Of a stretch of 64,000 nucleotides of DNA, positions 40,064-50,810 are shown in pieces. The notes beneath the pieces are model-generated. The model was not told the DNA's origin. It saw only the letters and a program-made list of their open reading frames with translations, and ran no database searches. The stretch lies in IMG/VR virus record IMGVR_UViG_3300021440_000013, positions 152,877 to 216,876 of that record. One strand, 5' to 3'. The position numbers were made by a program, and so were the translations under genes. Each line of letters begins with the position of its first letter. Within the stretch, counting starts at the first letter, position 1.

Positions 40064-42658
40064 ATGTTTAGCTACCTCAGAGATCACGCCGTAGCCAATG
40101 TGTGGTGCTCTCCTGAGCAAGATAATCAGATCATTGTCAGTGCTCAGCGTATCACACGCCATGGGGGTGAGCTTGTCTCATTTCCGATCATGACCAGCCG
40201 GATCGCCTTACCCAAAAAAGACCGGCGCTTTCACGTGTATCAAATTGGTCAAGCGCATCCGTCGATCCTTGGGCTATTGCCCAAGAATCCAAGTTGGGCA
40301 CTCCAAGAATGGAAGCCTTTCTCGGAGGCGGTTGAAAACCTACCGCTGTTTTGTGAGCTCTATACGGACGATGGCGCACGCATTGCGCTACACCGTTCGT
40401 ACTACATGTATACGAACCAAAGAGCGCTGATCTTTGCGGTCGATATCTCCGGCACGAGCTGGACCGATTACGACGTCGATAAAATCTATCTACGACTTTA
40501 CACCAATGCGTTTTATGAAGCGCTTGAGAGTGATCAGCTTCTTGATAACACCCGGTGTGAAGGCGGTCAGATCTATCAGCTTAGTGATATCCTTCACTAC
40601 CAGTCACGCGTAGGGTACTTTCGAAATAAAGCCGAAGGACAGACCTTATGTTTTGTAAACGGCGTTCATGTTGATGCGATCGATCTCATCACCACCCAAA
40701 TTGGTGATGAGGTTGAGATTGTTTACGATGCATCGATTAAGCGCGTGGTCGATTTAAAGGTGAGTTCACTTAACACTTTTCAAAGTGAGCTTGACTCGGA
40801 GTATAAATATCTGGTTCATTACCCAGGTGGTGATGAGCAGATTATCGAGTTTAGTGACGATCTTGACATTTACATTGTCAAGAAAGAAGGGGTTCGTTTT
40901 AAAGGTCGAATCTACCATAAGAACCGATCGAACGCAGTCAGGATGGTGACTCACCACGACTATAGTGTCTCCGTGAGTCACTTTCGCCATATCGCTGAAC
41001 GTTTAAGTGAAGAGGTGCTGGGCGAAGTATTTGATCTCGATGCGTTGACACTCAGGCTTTATATCCGTAGAAGTGGGTTTTCAAGACCCCTTGTGTTTGA
41101 TCACAATCGCATCTTTGAGCTTTATAAACTCCCTGAGGCAGAACGCCTTCGCGCCATGGTTGGGGTGAATAGCTTAGTGCCGGAGTGGACAGCGACCCAG
41201 CTTGAAAACTCTGCGTATGTGAAACTGATGCGAGCCTCTTACAATGAAATCGACATCTCGTTGATCGAAGACGCGTATGGCTATAATGCCATCGCGAAGA
41301 TCTTGGGGGATGGACCCATTGCTGTTAAAACGCAAGGTCAAGCCCGCTACGCCCCGCTTCCAATGGGTGCGTATGAAAGCTCTACGATCTTTGAGTATGA
41401 CGTCGACGGCTACCTCTTAGGGTTTAACCATCACCCGATCGGCACGAACTATTACCCGATCTATCTTGGCGCCACCCATATTGAGCCGGTGGTGGGCCTT
41501 GGCGCTAAAGAGACCTCGGTCTATGTGGGTCAGAACAACCTTCCGATTCCCGATAAGTTTAGCTATCGGGTCTACATGTGTTATCTGGTTGACGGCCTAA
41601 TCAACAATGAATGGCGTGATATCACAGGAAGTGAGCTTTATACGGTTGAGAACAACCGACTCATCTGGCAAAACCTTGAGCGTGACCAATGGCTTATGGT
41701 CAGAACGGATGAAAAGTTCTTGGCGTACGGGTTCGCTTTAAACCAAACCGATGGTCTTTTGTATTTTGATCTCTCGGAAGTGGTGGGGGGTCTTGAACAA
41801 GCGATGCGCGTTCCGATGGGAGACCTCGACATCTGGCTAAATGGTCGCTCTTTAATCAGAGATCTCGATTACACCGTTGAGATGCCACGGGTCCATATTT
41901 TTAATAAGCAGTATCTTGCCCAGCCGGCTTCGAGCACCCCTCAGCATGTTGCAGTGCGTTTTACGGGCTTTGCTTCCAAGGACCTTAAGCTAAAAGACGC
42001 TGAGGACTATGGGTTTGTTGAACACGGCGTGTTGTCGAACAACCGGCGTTTTGATGTACGGGATGATAAGGTTTTAAGAATCACGTTAGATGGGGCGCTA
42101 AAGAGTCGTGAGGCGCTTAAGTTTTCCGAGACCACGTTAGGTGTAAGTGTGGTTAACGCGTTTAATGGTGCACCGTATCAGATCAAAGACGTCGTTGTTC
42201 CGCTGCGTGGCTATACGGAAGATGAAACCTACGCGCTTCGAAGTAAAAGTGAGGCGGTTGACAAACGGGTGGAGGATTACCTGAGTATCCTCCTACCCGA
42301 GCCCGTTCGAAACGCAGTCAGTGCGGTGCCTCACCGCCATGTGCTGTTCAGTCCCTTTATCAGCCACTGGGTCTCGATCCTGCGTTCTGGGGAGTTTGAT
42401 AAAACGCTGATTGAAAAAGAACTCAGTGAGATGGACGTGATTGAGCTGTGTCAACCGTTTGAGTATTTGCTTAAAAACGATCCCCTCAACGAAGCGCTAC
42501 AGATGCAATATGGGTATGTTACGATACATCCCACGCTTGACGCTACGCACCTGAGTGTCGATCTTTACACCTATCGCTTCTTAAAACAGGTGGTCTCTCT
42601 TTATGGTCGTGGGCATGTCGAACTCTCCACGCACCTTGTCATTAATCTAGGAGGTTAA
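40064..42658 (+). CDS. virion/baseplate structural protein (phiKZ gp27-like)
   Basis: 864 aa; NVWCSPEQDNQ, RMVTHHDYS, WLNGRSLIRDLDY. Confidence 0.7.
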   Translation: MFSYLRDHAVANVWCSPEQDNQIIVSAQRITRHGGELVSFPIMTSRIALPKKDRRFHVYQIGQAHPSILGLLPKNPSWALQEWKPFSEAVENLPLFCELYTDDGARIALHRSYYMYTNQRALIFAVDISGTSWTDYDVDKIYLRLYTNAFYEALESDQLLDNTRCEGGQIYQLSDILHYQSRVGYFRNKAEGQTLCFVNGVHVDAIDLITTQIGDEVEIVYDASIKRVVDLKVSSLNTFQSELDSEYKYLVHYPGGDEQIIEFSDDLDIYIVKKEGVRFKGRIYHKNRSNAVRMVTHHDYSVSVSHFRHIAERLSEEVLGEVFDLDALTLRLYIRRSGFSRPLVFDHNRIFELYKLPEAERLRAMVGVNSLVPEWTATQLENSAYVKLMRASYNEIDISLIEDAYGYNAIAKILGDGPIAVKTQGQARYAPLPMGAYESSTIFEYDVDGYLLGFNHHPIGTNYYPIYLGATHIEPVVGLGAKETSVYVGQNNLPIPDKFSYRVYMCYLVDGLINNEWRDITGSELYTVENNRLIWQNLERDQWLMVRTDEKFLAYGFALNQTDGLLYFDLSEVVGGLEQAMRVPMGDLDIWLNGRSLIRDLDYTVEMPRVHIFNKQYLAQPASSTPQHVAVRFTGFASKDLKLKDAEDYGFVEHGVLSNNRRFDVRDDKVLRITLDGALKSREALKFSETTLGVSVVNAFNGAPYQIKDVVVPLRGYTEDETYALRSKSEAVDKRVEDYLSILLPEPVRNAVSAVPHRHVLFSPFISHWVSILRSGEFDKTLIEKELSEMDVIELCQPFEYLLKNDPLNEALQMQYGYVTIHPTLDATHLSVDLYTYRFLKQVVSLYGRGHVELSTHLVINLGG

Positions 42659-42663
42659 ACGCT

Positions 42664-44331
42664 ATGGCGGTACTAGGTACAGACGGGGTTGCCCCGGTCT
42701 ATAGTCCAGATGAAGTCTGGAAAATGTGGAGTATCAACGACATTTGGCAGGGGATTGATAACGTAGGGCGAAGCCGTTATGTTCCAAAGCTCAAAGACTA
42801 CGTGGTGGACCCCGACACCTTCGAGACATGGATCGTTGATGCGCTCGATCCTGTTACGCTTAAACCCACGCTGCGTCAGATCCGTCCGTATGGGATGGCG
42901 TTTGATTTGTCTGAGGACGATGTGCTCTTTGGCGTGGGTCCTGGACCCGACGCGGAAACCTATCGGGCGTTCTTAAACGACAGCGTGTTTCCTCATACGC
43001 TGTGTATCGATCAGCGTTTAAAGATCAACGGAACCATGAGTAGTTATGCCAAGGTCTTTCTGGGGTCAAACACCAGTGAGACAGGCGAGGTGATTTCCAA
43101 GATCTACGACGCCAGTGGTAACTTTATCTCTGAAAACGTTCCTCTTGAGCTGGTGGCGATCAGTAATATCGCCACCAATCACTCCGTTAAATCCGTTAGA
43201 CGTTTTAACGTGACCAAAAAGATCCCGAACAATGAACGCGTCACCGTCGTCATCTACGCGGACGATGGACATGTCGTCTCACGCCGACAGCTGCTTATCG
43301 AAAACACCGACACCATTCAAGACCTGAACCGTTCCAGTAAATACATCACGGACATCTCGCTCGAATGTATCTGGCTGTCTCGCACGAATGTCGATCAGAT
43401 TGAATATCCGCTCAACATTCCGATGGATGCTCTGAACATGGTGGGGGTGGTGCATTACTCCGATGGCACGAGCCTGCGTCTACCGGTGGATGGTGGTAAG
43501 TTTGCGATGCTGGGTCTTGAGGGGCGTCTCTCGACAATCCTAGGTCAACCCCATGACTTGGTTTTGCGCTACCTAATGAGTGACGGTGAACTGGCGTTCG
43601 CGTCAACCGGGGTCAATGGACGCTATATCACCAAGCCCTTTAAGATCGTTACGACCAACCCGAACAACTCAATCGCGGTGAAGTTGTTTGGCTATCCCTT
43701 CTGGGAGGGTGCGAACTTTGGCTATCGGATGCGGTTCTGGCTGCTTAATGTGGCACGGAACATTAAGTTCGAGGTGACGCCCTACGTGCGCTTTAGTGAA
43801 AACACAGGCGCCTATGACCCTAAGCTCTATGGCTACTTACAGCGAAAGTCCGTCTCAATTAACCTGCGTGATGTCTCGGGCGCCTTTATCCCGTTTAACC
43901 ACACGCAAGTGATCGACATCGTTTTGAATAACCCACCGAGCGATGAAAAAACCCCGGACTGGATCGTCGCCACCGAAGGCGGGGACAGCTATCCTCGCTA
44001 CGGTACTGGTGTCTATGGCACACGAATCGGTCAGCAGGTAAATTTCAAGGGGGATTATACCGAACTTAGCCAGTGGCTTAACGCCTACTACTGGCTGACT
44101 AAACCCTTGGTCAACACACTGACTGAAAACGAAGCCCCAACACCCACGCACTTCTCAGTGATCTACGGAGACCGTGTAACGGAATGGGCGATGGCGCAGT
44201 GGGATCAAAACCTCAACATCACTGAAACACTCAGTACGCCCTCAACGGCGGTGATCCGTTTCTTTAAACGCACTTCTCAAGGCGATCAACACCTGAGCTT
44301 TGCGGCTGTCCCCATTAAGACCGTTCTATAA
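42664..44331 (+). CDS. virion structural protein (phiKZ gp26-like)
   Basis: 555 aa; position between the gp27-like gene and terminase. Confidence 0.65.
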   Translation: MAVLGTDGVAPVYSPDEVWKMWSINDIWQGIDNVGRSRYVPKLKDYVVDPDTFETWIVDALDPVTLKPTLRQIRPYGMAFDLSEDDVLFGVGPGPDAETYRAFLNDSVFPHTLCIDQRLKINGTMSSYAKVFLGSNTSETGEVISKIYDASGNFISENVPLELVAISNIATNHSVKSVRRFNVTKKIPNNERVTVVIYADDGHVVSRRQLLIENTDTIQDLNRSSKYITDISLECIWLSRTNVDQIEYPLNIPMDALNMVGVVHYSDGTSLRLPVDGGKFAMLGLEGRLSTILGQPHDLVLRYLMSDGELAFASTGVNGRYITKPFKIVTTNPNNSIAVKLFGYPFWEGANFGYRMRFWLLNVARNIKFEVTPYVRFSENTGAYDPKLYGYLQRKSVSINLRDVSGAFIPFNHTQVIDIVLNNPPSDEKTPDWIVATEGGDSYPRYGTGVYGTRIGQQVNFKGDYTELSQWLNAYYWLTKPLVNTLTENEAPTPTHFSVIYGDRVTEWAMAQWDQNLNITETLSTPSTAVIRFFKRTSQGDQHLSFAAVPIKTVL

Positions 44332-44339
44332 TCAATCAT

Positions 44340-44372
44340 AGAGAGAGGGGGCTAAAACCCCCTCTCTCTTTT
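44340..44372. terminator. hairpin, GAGGG family
   Basis: AGAGAGAGGGGG-CTAAAA-CCCCCTCTCTCT-TTT. Confidence 0.7.
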
Positions 44373-44380
44373 GAAAACTT

Positions 44381-44405
44381 TTCAATCACACACATATTAC
44401 CTGAC
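44381..44405 (+). promoter_or_regulatory. putative phage promoter motif
   Basis: TTCAATCACACACATATTACCTGAC; core resembles the phiKZ early consensus TATATTAC. Confidence 0.5.
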
Positions 44406-44447
44406 ACTAACGTCAAAAAGATTAGTCTTATATTAAGGAGAAACAAA

Positions 44448-45332
44448 ATGGACATCCGTAACATTTTGCCGTTTTTACGTAGAGAGCAAGCAGTACAGCC
44501 TATTAATAAGGTCGCCGTAGTGATCAACGTTGCCAATCACGCCAGCCTCATCGCTGGCGTGCTTTACGTGCTTCTGGCAAAGAAGCACTCCGGCAAGGAA
44601 GTGACATTAATCGATGTGCGTGACCCGATCGCGTCGGACCAAGACCTCTATGTCTGGATGAACTCCGGTACGTTGAGCCAGTTCAAAGAATACCACCAGA
44701 GTGCGTTGGGTGTGAGCCAGGACCTTGAAGAAGACAAAACCTGGTACAAATACATCAGCGCTAAAAGTATCTTCTTGCTTCCGAATCTTTCCAAGGATCG
44801 CGACATCGATAAAAACACCGTGGGTATCGCGCTTACGCATGGTTTTAAGGAGGGGTTCTTTCCACAGGAAGAATACGAAGCCTATATGCGCTACGCTGTG
44901 TTAACCGAGAAGTTTGATTCAGACAACATGGATCAAACTGAGGCCTGTTTGTACTACGATACGCTTCAGCAGGCATATTACCCCTACATGGGGTATGAAG
45001 TTAAGATTGAGGAAATTCGGCTCTGTGATCCGAGTAAGGAAGAGGTTGAGCTTTTTACAGCTCAACAATCTGAAATCAATCGGGCGATCGCCCGGAAATA
45101 CCGCGTGATTAATCTGGGTGGTAAGTCGTTTTACTACATCACGACCATGGGTAAAGACGTCCATGGCCTGATCCGAAGGATTCGTCTGGCTAAGAAGGAC
45201 TTCATCCACGTCTCTGCGGGTAGCTACGGAAACGTCATCTACGCATCAAGTAACCTACCACTAGGCTTTAACACGGGCAAAGGTGTACTGAGTCTCACTC
45301 CGGTTAATGAGCCCTTGCGTCAATATAAGTGA
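44448..45332 (+). CDS. hypothetical protein
   Basis: 294 aa, AAGGAG SD. Confidence 0.7.
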   Translation: MDIRNILPFLRREQAVQPINKVAVVINVANHASLIAGVLYVLLAKKHSGKEVTLIDVRDPIASDQDLYVWMNSGTLSQFKEYHQSALGVSQDLEEDKTWYKYISAKSIFLLPNLSKDRDIDKNTVGIALTHGFKEGFFPQEEYEAYMRYAVLTEKFDSDNMDQTEACLYYDTLQQAYYPYMGYEVKIEEIRLCDPSKEEVELFTAQQSEINRAIARKYRVINLGGKSFYYITTMGKDVHGLIRRIRLAKKDFIHVSAGSYGNVIYASSNLPLGFNTGKGVLSLTPVNEPLRQYK

Positions 45333-45335
45333 TTT

Positions 45336-45378
45336 AGATAGAGGGGGGTTTGAGACCCCCCTCTATCTTTTTTTCTTT
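45336..45378. terminator. bidirectional terminator-like hairpin
   Basis: AGATAGAGGGGGGT-TTGAG-ACCCCCCTCTATCT plus T-tract. Confidence 0.75.
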
Positions 45379-45694
45379 AAAGTGCTAAAAAAGCCTGATG
45401 GTGCATATAGTGCATGCAGGCTTCACGTTTATAAAAGGCTCGCATCTCAACAGTCCTTCTATCTAAGTCACCTGTGTCAAACAGCATATTCATGGCGTTA
45501 GTTACATCGCCAAGCTCAATTTCAAGTAACTCTCGATTTGTTGGACTTTCGACATAGCTTGGGTCTTTTCCACCATAGCCGTGTCTAAGGATGTTGCCGA
45601 TCGCCTGGACGGCCTCACCCAGCTCTCCGACTAGATACGCCAGGCGTTCTGCTTCGCTGACACTTAAGCGATTAAAAGGTTTTTCGTCATCCAC
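45377..45694 (-). CDS. MazG-like NTP pyrophosphohydrolase
   Basis: EAERLAYLVGELGEAVQAIGNILRHG...EIELGD (ExxE...ExxD). Confidence 0.7.
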   Translation of the reverse strand: MDDEKPFNRLSVSEAERLAYLVGELGEAVQAIGNILRHGYGGKDPSYVESPTNRELLEIELGDVTNAMNMLFDTGDLDRRTVEMRAFYKREACMHYMHHQAFLAL

Positions 45695-45706
45695 GAAAAG
45701 ACTACC

Positions 45707-47917
45707 TCAATAAAGATATTGGTTAAAGTTACCGAACTCTTGTGCGTAAATGTCTTGCACCGTGTTCTTACGGGTGTTTCTGTTTCTTTCTTCACGCAAC
45801 TTATGGATCAGGTCATCGGCTGAAATGACCTTACGGTCAGTCTCACTTAACTGGGATAAGGCGCGTTCCAGATCAAATTCTAATCGCTTTGCCACGTATT
45901 CGTCACGTTCCTCCTTAAGCACCAAAGAAAGTCTTTCTACATCAAGCCGAGCTTTATTAAAGACTTCTTGATCGTAGCTTGAGACCGCTTTTAAATCCAT
46001 CCGGTATGTCGGATTATCTGTCAAGATTCGATTTGGTTCGATCCCGTAGTGTTTGAGGTTTTTACCCAGGGAGAGAAGCCAATACGATAAGAGCCAAGCG
46101 ATCACCAAGTCATCGTGCTCACCTTCACCATGATCAACCCGGCCATTACGGATCTCTAAGCCAAGGATCTGTAAAATCAATGCTCTGTCTCGTGTTAACG
46201 AGCCGGTCATGCGTGCCGCCGCACTGAGCGTACGTGAGTATAGATCGGTTCTGCTCGTCGAACCAGAGCCGCTTGTCGCCCAGCCAAACTGCTTCTTGTA
46301 CTTAATGAATAAGTTTTCTCTTGAAGAAAATGGGTTCTGGATCTCTTTAAAGCGCTCGGGATACTCATCGGCCAACTGGACCACTTGGTTAAAGATCCGT
46401 CTAAATGGATCCACACCCTCGTTAGTCAAAAAGAGAATGATGTAGTCAAGAATCGCCGCACCCATAGATCGACGTTCACAGATTAGAAGAACATTCAAGT
46501 GCTTCATCAGAAAGTTAGCAACCCACTTAGCGAAAACGATCAAGTTTCCCTCAGAGATATCGGCCGCCATCGCGACTTCACCGGTGTAAACGTTTCTTAA
46601 AACCACACCGACCGAGTCTTGACCCACTTGTTCAGAAGGGTCCACAGAAAGAATATGGGGCGCCTGGAGCAACTTACCGACCAGTTCAAGTTCTTTGTAA
46701 TACCAGCGAAACGCGTAAGCATCATCGCTGTCGATATGGATATACGGGTCAAGTATTTCGCTATTACGGATGCCTTCTGCCGTTTCTTGAGAAAACGGCG
46801 AGAAGGTCGAACCCGAAGGCCAGCGATTTAGAAAGTCCGCCTCAATCTGAACTTGATCTTCTTGGGCAGATTCACGCAACCGGTCACGTAGCCATGCGTC
46901 TGATTTACCGAGCTGTCGGTGATTAAGGGTGCAGTTCACCCGTAGGTCTCGACCATTACCCGCTTTACGCACCAAGTCGTGTAGCGCATGCTCATTTAAA
47001 GCATCAAAGAACCCTTCGTTCCATTCAGCGCACGATTGCATGAAGTTGTAGGCATAGCGTCCTTCGGGTGTGTCGCGCTTTCCTGAAGTCGTCATAAAGA
47101 TGTTCCCATAAGGGTCACCTTTCATCTGCGCCACTTCACGCGCAGCCAGGGTAGCGGCCAGCATCACAGGAACCGTGATGGATGAGTTTGCAAGATAAGC
47201 AAACTCATCCGCAATCGTAATCGGGGACGTCATGCCTCGACCCACGAGGTCAGCGAGCTTAGGTGAGCGGTTGGGTACGTAAAGTTTGATCGAGTTATCA
47301 AGCGAACCGATTTTAAAGACTTCGGTGTTGCCTGGATCTCTAAACGTTCTTTGTTTTAAGTAATCGGGCAATGAAAGCTCGATCGCTTTTAGGCGATCGA
47401 CCTCGCGGCCACGAAGCTTCTCGTCTTTTGTGAGATAGGATATTTCGGTTTTCGTTAAACGGATATTGATAAGATACGTCAAAAGGTGGTCAACACCGAA
47501 CGTTTTACCGGTCTGACGAATCATGATCAGCAGCACGAGCACGTGGTTAAAGAACAACCAGAATGTCGCCATCACACCACGGTTAGCTTGAAAAAGGATC
47601 GGGAACTCGTTTGAGCCCGCAGGATCTCGCGCCAATTCCCGGATATGGTAAAAGAAGTTTCTCTTACTCTCTAGTGCAACCCGAATCGCCATCTCAGGGG
47701 TGATGTTTGGATCAAACGGATCAACCCCTTGTAAACCCGCGTCATGGAGTTGAAGAGGCCACAGATGGTTCTTTACCCCCATCTCACGTAAAAGTGCCGA
47801 ATAGCGAACGAAAGACTGGTTCTTTGTTTCATAGTCAACGATCACGCCTTGATTCTCAGGCTTTTCCCAATCGCTTGCAAAAAGTATCGTCATGATAAAG
47901 TTAGGTAGGTTGAGCAC
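45707..47917 (-). CDS. terL: terminase large subunit (phiKZ gp25-like)
   Basis: Walker A MIRQTGKT, Walker B TIADEFA, TTSG, nuclease SVDPSE and HDDLVIAW. Confidence 0.9.
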   Translation of the reverse strand: MLNLPNFIMTILFASDWEKPENQGVIVDYETKNQSFVRYSALLREMGVKNHLWPLQLHDAGLQGVDPFDPNITPEMAIRVALESKRNFFYHIRELARDPAGSNEFPILFQANRGVMATFWLFFNHVLVLLIMIRQTGKTFGVDHLLTYLINIRLTKTEISYLTKDEKLRGREVDRLKAIELSLPDYLKQRTFRDPGNTEVFKIGSLDNSIKLYVPNRSPKLADLVGRGMTSPITIADEFAYLANSSITVPVMLAATLAAREVAQMKGDPYGNIFMTTSGKRDTPEGRYAYNFMQSCAEWNEGFFDALNEHALHDLVRKAGNGRDLRVNCTLNHRQLGKSDAWLRDRLRESAQEDQVQIEADFLNRWPSGSTFSPFSQETAEGIRNSEILDPYIHIDSDDAYAFRWYYKELELVGKLLQAPHILSVDPSEQVGQDSVGVVLRNVYTGEVAMAADISEGNLIVFAKWVANFLMKHLNVLLICERRSMGAAILDYIILFLTNEGVDPFRRIFNQVVQLADEYPERFKEIQNPFSSRENLFIKYKKQFGWATSGSGSTSRTDLYSRTLSAAARMTGSLTRDRALILQILGLEIRNGRVDHGEGEHDDLVIAWLLSYWLLSLGKNLKHYGIEPNRILTDNPTYRMDLKAVSSYDQEVFNKARLDVERLSLVLKEERDEYVAKRLEFDLERALSQLSETDRKVISADDLIHKLREERNRNTRKNTVQDIYAQEFGNFNQYLY

Positions 47918-47962
47918 TCACTCTATACATAGGTCTAAAAAGCTTTTAAACGCGTTTTGAGC

Positions 47963-47997
47963 AGACTAGGGTGCTGGACGAACCAGCACCCTAGTCT
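47963..47997. terminator. intergenic hairpin
   Basis: AGACTAGGGTGCTGG-ACGAA-CCAGCACCCTAGTCT. Confidence 0.6.
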
Positions 47998-48002
47998 AAG
48001 TA

Positions 48003-48452
48003 TTAATGTGCTCTTACATAGCTTCTAAGCACGTCTATAAAGACCTCGATGATCACCTCCGGTTCTCGGCTCTCATCCTTCAATCGATTAAAACGGCCAT
48101 TGATGAAGAAAAGCTTTCCGTTTAAAAGATTGATTTCTTTTTGAGTCTCACCGGCGTGCGTAGCCACCTTAGCCACGTAGCTCACATAGGCGTCGGGTGT
48201 TAGCGTACCTTTTTTCAAAACGAAATCCATACACTCGAGCCGATACAGCGAAATGGTGCTCTCAGTCCACCCAAAAAGACGCACATTCACTTCTTTAACC
48301 AAGACCGCTCTTTCTAAGTGCTCCGCATCATAAAAACGAATGCCGTTCAGATAAAGACGGAGGCGAAACAAAAGCTCTCTAAAAAACACCATCATTTCCT
48401 TACCCGCCTCCCTAGAAACTTTTATAGCATAAGCCATACTCCACTTCACCAC
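48003..48452 (-). CDS. hypothetical protein
   Basis: Up to 149 aa; true start may be downstream (MMVFFRE) after GGAGG. Confidence 0.55.
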   Translation of the reverse strand: MVKWSMAYAIKVSREAGKEMMVFFRELLFRLRLYLNGIRFYDAEHLERAVLVKEVNVRLFGWTESTISLYRLECMDFVLKKGTLTPDAYVSYVAKVATHAGETQKEINLLNGKLFFINGRFNRLKDESREPEVIIEVFIDVLRSYVRAH

Positions 48453-48465
48453 ATCTAAGAAAACG

Positions 48466-49686
48466 CTAGTGTTTAGAGGACAGCGTGAGTGCTCGCAAAG
48501 TCACATAAAGAATGACGGCGGTGCGGGTTGCCATACCGAGTGAGTTATTCGTCTTTCCGTTTGCGGCCTTAATGATCGCTTCGCCTTCCTTACGGATCTC
48601 TAAAAGTTCTCTGTCACTTGAACGGGTCGAGAGGTAAAGATTCTTTAACGTGGTTAAAACACTCGGGTAGTCTTTAAGCTCACTACTTCCTGTTTCATTA
48701 AGAAGATGGAAACTGTGAACGACCACCAGACTTAAAAAAGTGTCGATTCGGTTGTGCCACTTTGGATCGTTGTAGCTCTCAGAGATCCAGCCCAGCGTAT
48801 GAGTCAGCATTCGGTTGCTGGTGTTGGCGTTGATGTCGATAACGACACTCACGAGCTCAGGCTTTACAAAACTGAGTTTATCCATCACACACTGGCGCGT
48901 TAACGTGACGTATTTTTCAACAGAGTTGATTTTCTCACGCATCACCTCTTCGCCTTCGACGTCGAGCATGGTTGCCGAAGTTGAACTTACGCGAGAGCCT
49001 TCTGTATAGGTCTTGTGAAAGACCGCGTAGTAGTTCTTATACAGATCGCGGATGCGATTCTCACTGTCGGAGATCGCATACGTGACACCCATGTCGTCCT
49101 TAAAAAGAAGAAGGGTGTTGTAATGGATCCCCTTGGGGTCTATAAGCTCCTTGGCGCGATATTCCATCACCGCCTTCCATGAGCCTACCCGTTTGATCAA
49201 AAACTTGTTAGAGAGCTCGCCATAGGCCGCCTGAGCGATCCGTGGATCGGCTGGGAAATGGAAGTAATCACTCTGACGAATCGCGATACAGCGATAGAAA
49301 AAGACCAACGCTAAATCATAAACACCCCGGTCTTTTTGACTGGGTGTCAGTTTTGAGCTCGTCAAAACCCGATGGATCATGTACATCAGCGTTAAGTTTA
49401 ACGCATCCGAGGTGATCTTGAATTCTTGTACGATGGTCGTGACGGTCTTAAGTGCCCTTTCAAGCTCCGTATAATCAACGTCCGCTACGTCTTTGTAGAA
49501 TTTAAGCGTATCCGCTACCCGAAAGCGGATCGCGTGAACACCAATTAAGTTACTTCCAAAGAACTCTAGGTGTTCACTGTTTCGATTCACAAACGCGACC
49601 TGGTATTTATATACACGGTCAATAAAGCGTTTATCAAAGACGGTCTCTTTAAACTGCTCATCCAAGACCTCTTGTAGCGTGATCAT
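48466..49686 (-). CDS. conserved jumbo-phage protein (possibly virion-associated)
   Basis: 406 aa; HLEFFGSNLIGV, LSNKFLIKRVGSW. Confidence 0.65.
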   Translation of the reverse strand: MITLQEVLDEQFKETVFDKRFIDRVYKYQVAFVNRNSEHLEFFGSNLIGVHAIRFRVADTLKFYKDVADVDYTELERALKTVTTIVQEFKITSDALNLTLMYMIHRVLTSSKLTPSQKDRGVYDLALVFFYRCIAIRQSDYFHFPADPRIAQAAYGELSNKFLIKRVGSWKAVMEYRAKELIDPKGIHYNTLLLFKDDMGVTYAISDSENRIRDLYKNYYAVFHKTYTEGSRVSSTSATMLDVEGEEVMREKINSVEKYVTLTRQCVMDKLSFVKPELVSVVIDINANTSNRMLTHTLGWISESYNDPKWHNRIDTFLSLVVVHSFHLLNETGSSELKDYPSVLTTLKNLYLSTRSSDRELLEIRKEGEAIIKAANGKTNNSLGMATRTAVILYVTLRALTLSSKH

Positions 49687-50309
49687 TTCAACTTCCCTCT
49701 CAGGTGATCGAGCGCAAGGTCCGTGGTGTAAAAGACCCTGGTGCCACCGTTCTTTGCCAGATCTTCCAGCAAAGCTAAACGCCGGATCGATTCGGTGGTA
49801 AGCGTTCGTCCATACACCCCTTCGATCGCGATGATATAATCTTGGTTGGTGTGGCGAATAATCTCGTTAGAGATCTTGACGATCTCTTCGGTATTAAGAA
49901 GGTCAACCGATCCGCTATAGACGCCGATTTGGATATCGGCGTGATCGCTTTCATCGTGCTCAGCGTGCTTAACCAGCTCGTCCGCATTAATCATCGCCGC
50001 AAAGCCTTCAATTGCAAGCATCTGGTTGAGTGCGTCGGTAAAGACTTTACCCACCGGTCCGTCGATCTTAACGACGATGTCTTTCCCAGCATGCGCTGAC
50101 ATCGTCGTGCTCTCATCGGGATTCGCGGCATCGACGGGCTTCGCGGTGGCCTCGGCAGACACGGGCTCGGGCGATTCGGCCTCGCGCGCGCCTATATGTT
50201 TCTCAAATGCTTCGTGTTGTTCCGCCTTCACTGTCGTTTCGTCGGAGATACTTTGATTCTCATCCGTGATTTTCGTTAATTGCTTTTTACTGATTTTAAA
50301 GATACTCAT
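49683..50309 (-). CDS. hypothetical acidic protein
   Basis: 208 aa, ATGA overlap with the next gene; DGPVGKVFTDALNQMLAIE. Confidence 0.65.
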   Translation of the reverse strand: MSIFKISKKQLTKITDENQSISDETTVKAEQHEAFEKHIGAREAESPEPVSAEATAKPVDAANPDESTTMSAHAGKDIVVKIDGPVGKVFTDALNQMLAIEGFAAMINADELVKHAEHDESDHADIQIGVYSGSVDLLNTEEIVKISNEIIRHTNQDYIIAIEGVYGRTLTTESIRRLALLEDLAKNGGTRVFYTTDLALDHLRGKLK

Positions 50310-50383
50310 GGTTTTTCTCTTTCAGTCATGTAAGGTGCGTTTCTCATTCGATCTCACCTTTAGCTTAAATACTACCGATCAAT

Positions 50384-50645
50384 CGAGAGAGGATAGCTCC
50401 AAAGGCTATCCTCTCTCGTGTTAGATGCGTGTTTAGCTGTCTTTTTAATGGTAAATTTATTTTTATCATACTAATACTATGGAAGTTTTGGTTTATATAG
50501 CACTTAAGGGGCTCCGCCCCTTAAGTGCTTAAGTTTATCTCTGTCATGACTCTCTTCCTGTGGGGAAGCTCGTCCTGAGAGTGGTATCTAGAGTCATGGC
50601 ACTTATCTCTAAACCCCTGCCTACGCTCGCTACGCTCGCCTACTA
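50384..50645. other. structured non-coding region between divergent transcription units
   Basis: Hairpins 50384-50418 and 50499-50529, inverted repeat 50542-50601, tandem CTACGCTCG x2 near 50621-50638. Confidence 0.55.
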
Positions 50646-50810
50646 ACTACTGTCCAAATTATATACAAAATGTGAGAACTTTTTTACTCACCCTAAAAAG
50701 TCGATGGGCGCATCCTCTTTCAAGGTTAAAAATAATCACATACATCATTCTTGTAGAGCACGTAAAAGAACAACAAGGAAGACACTTATAAATGTTAAGG
50801 AACATACACC

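Noticed and set aside
44448-45332. Degenerate DHH phosphoesterase
   Set aside because: Only a vague layout resemblance; DxD and DHH motifs are absent, so it cannot be supported without a profile search.
45707-47917. Intein in terminase
   Set aside because: Length is typical and no intein terminal motifs were seen.
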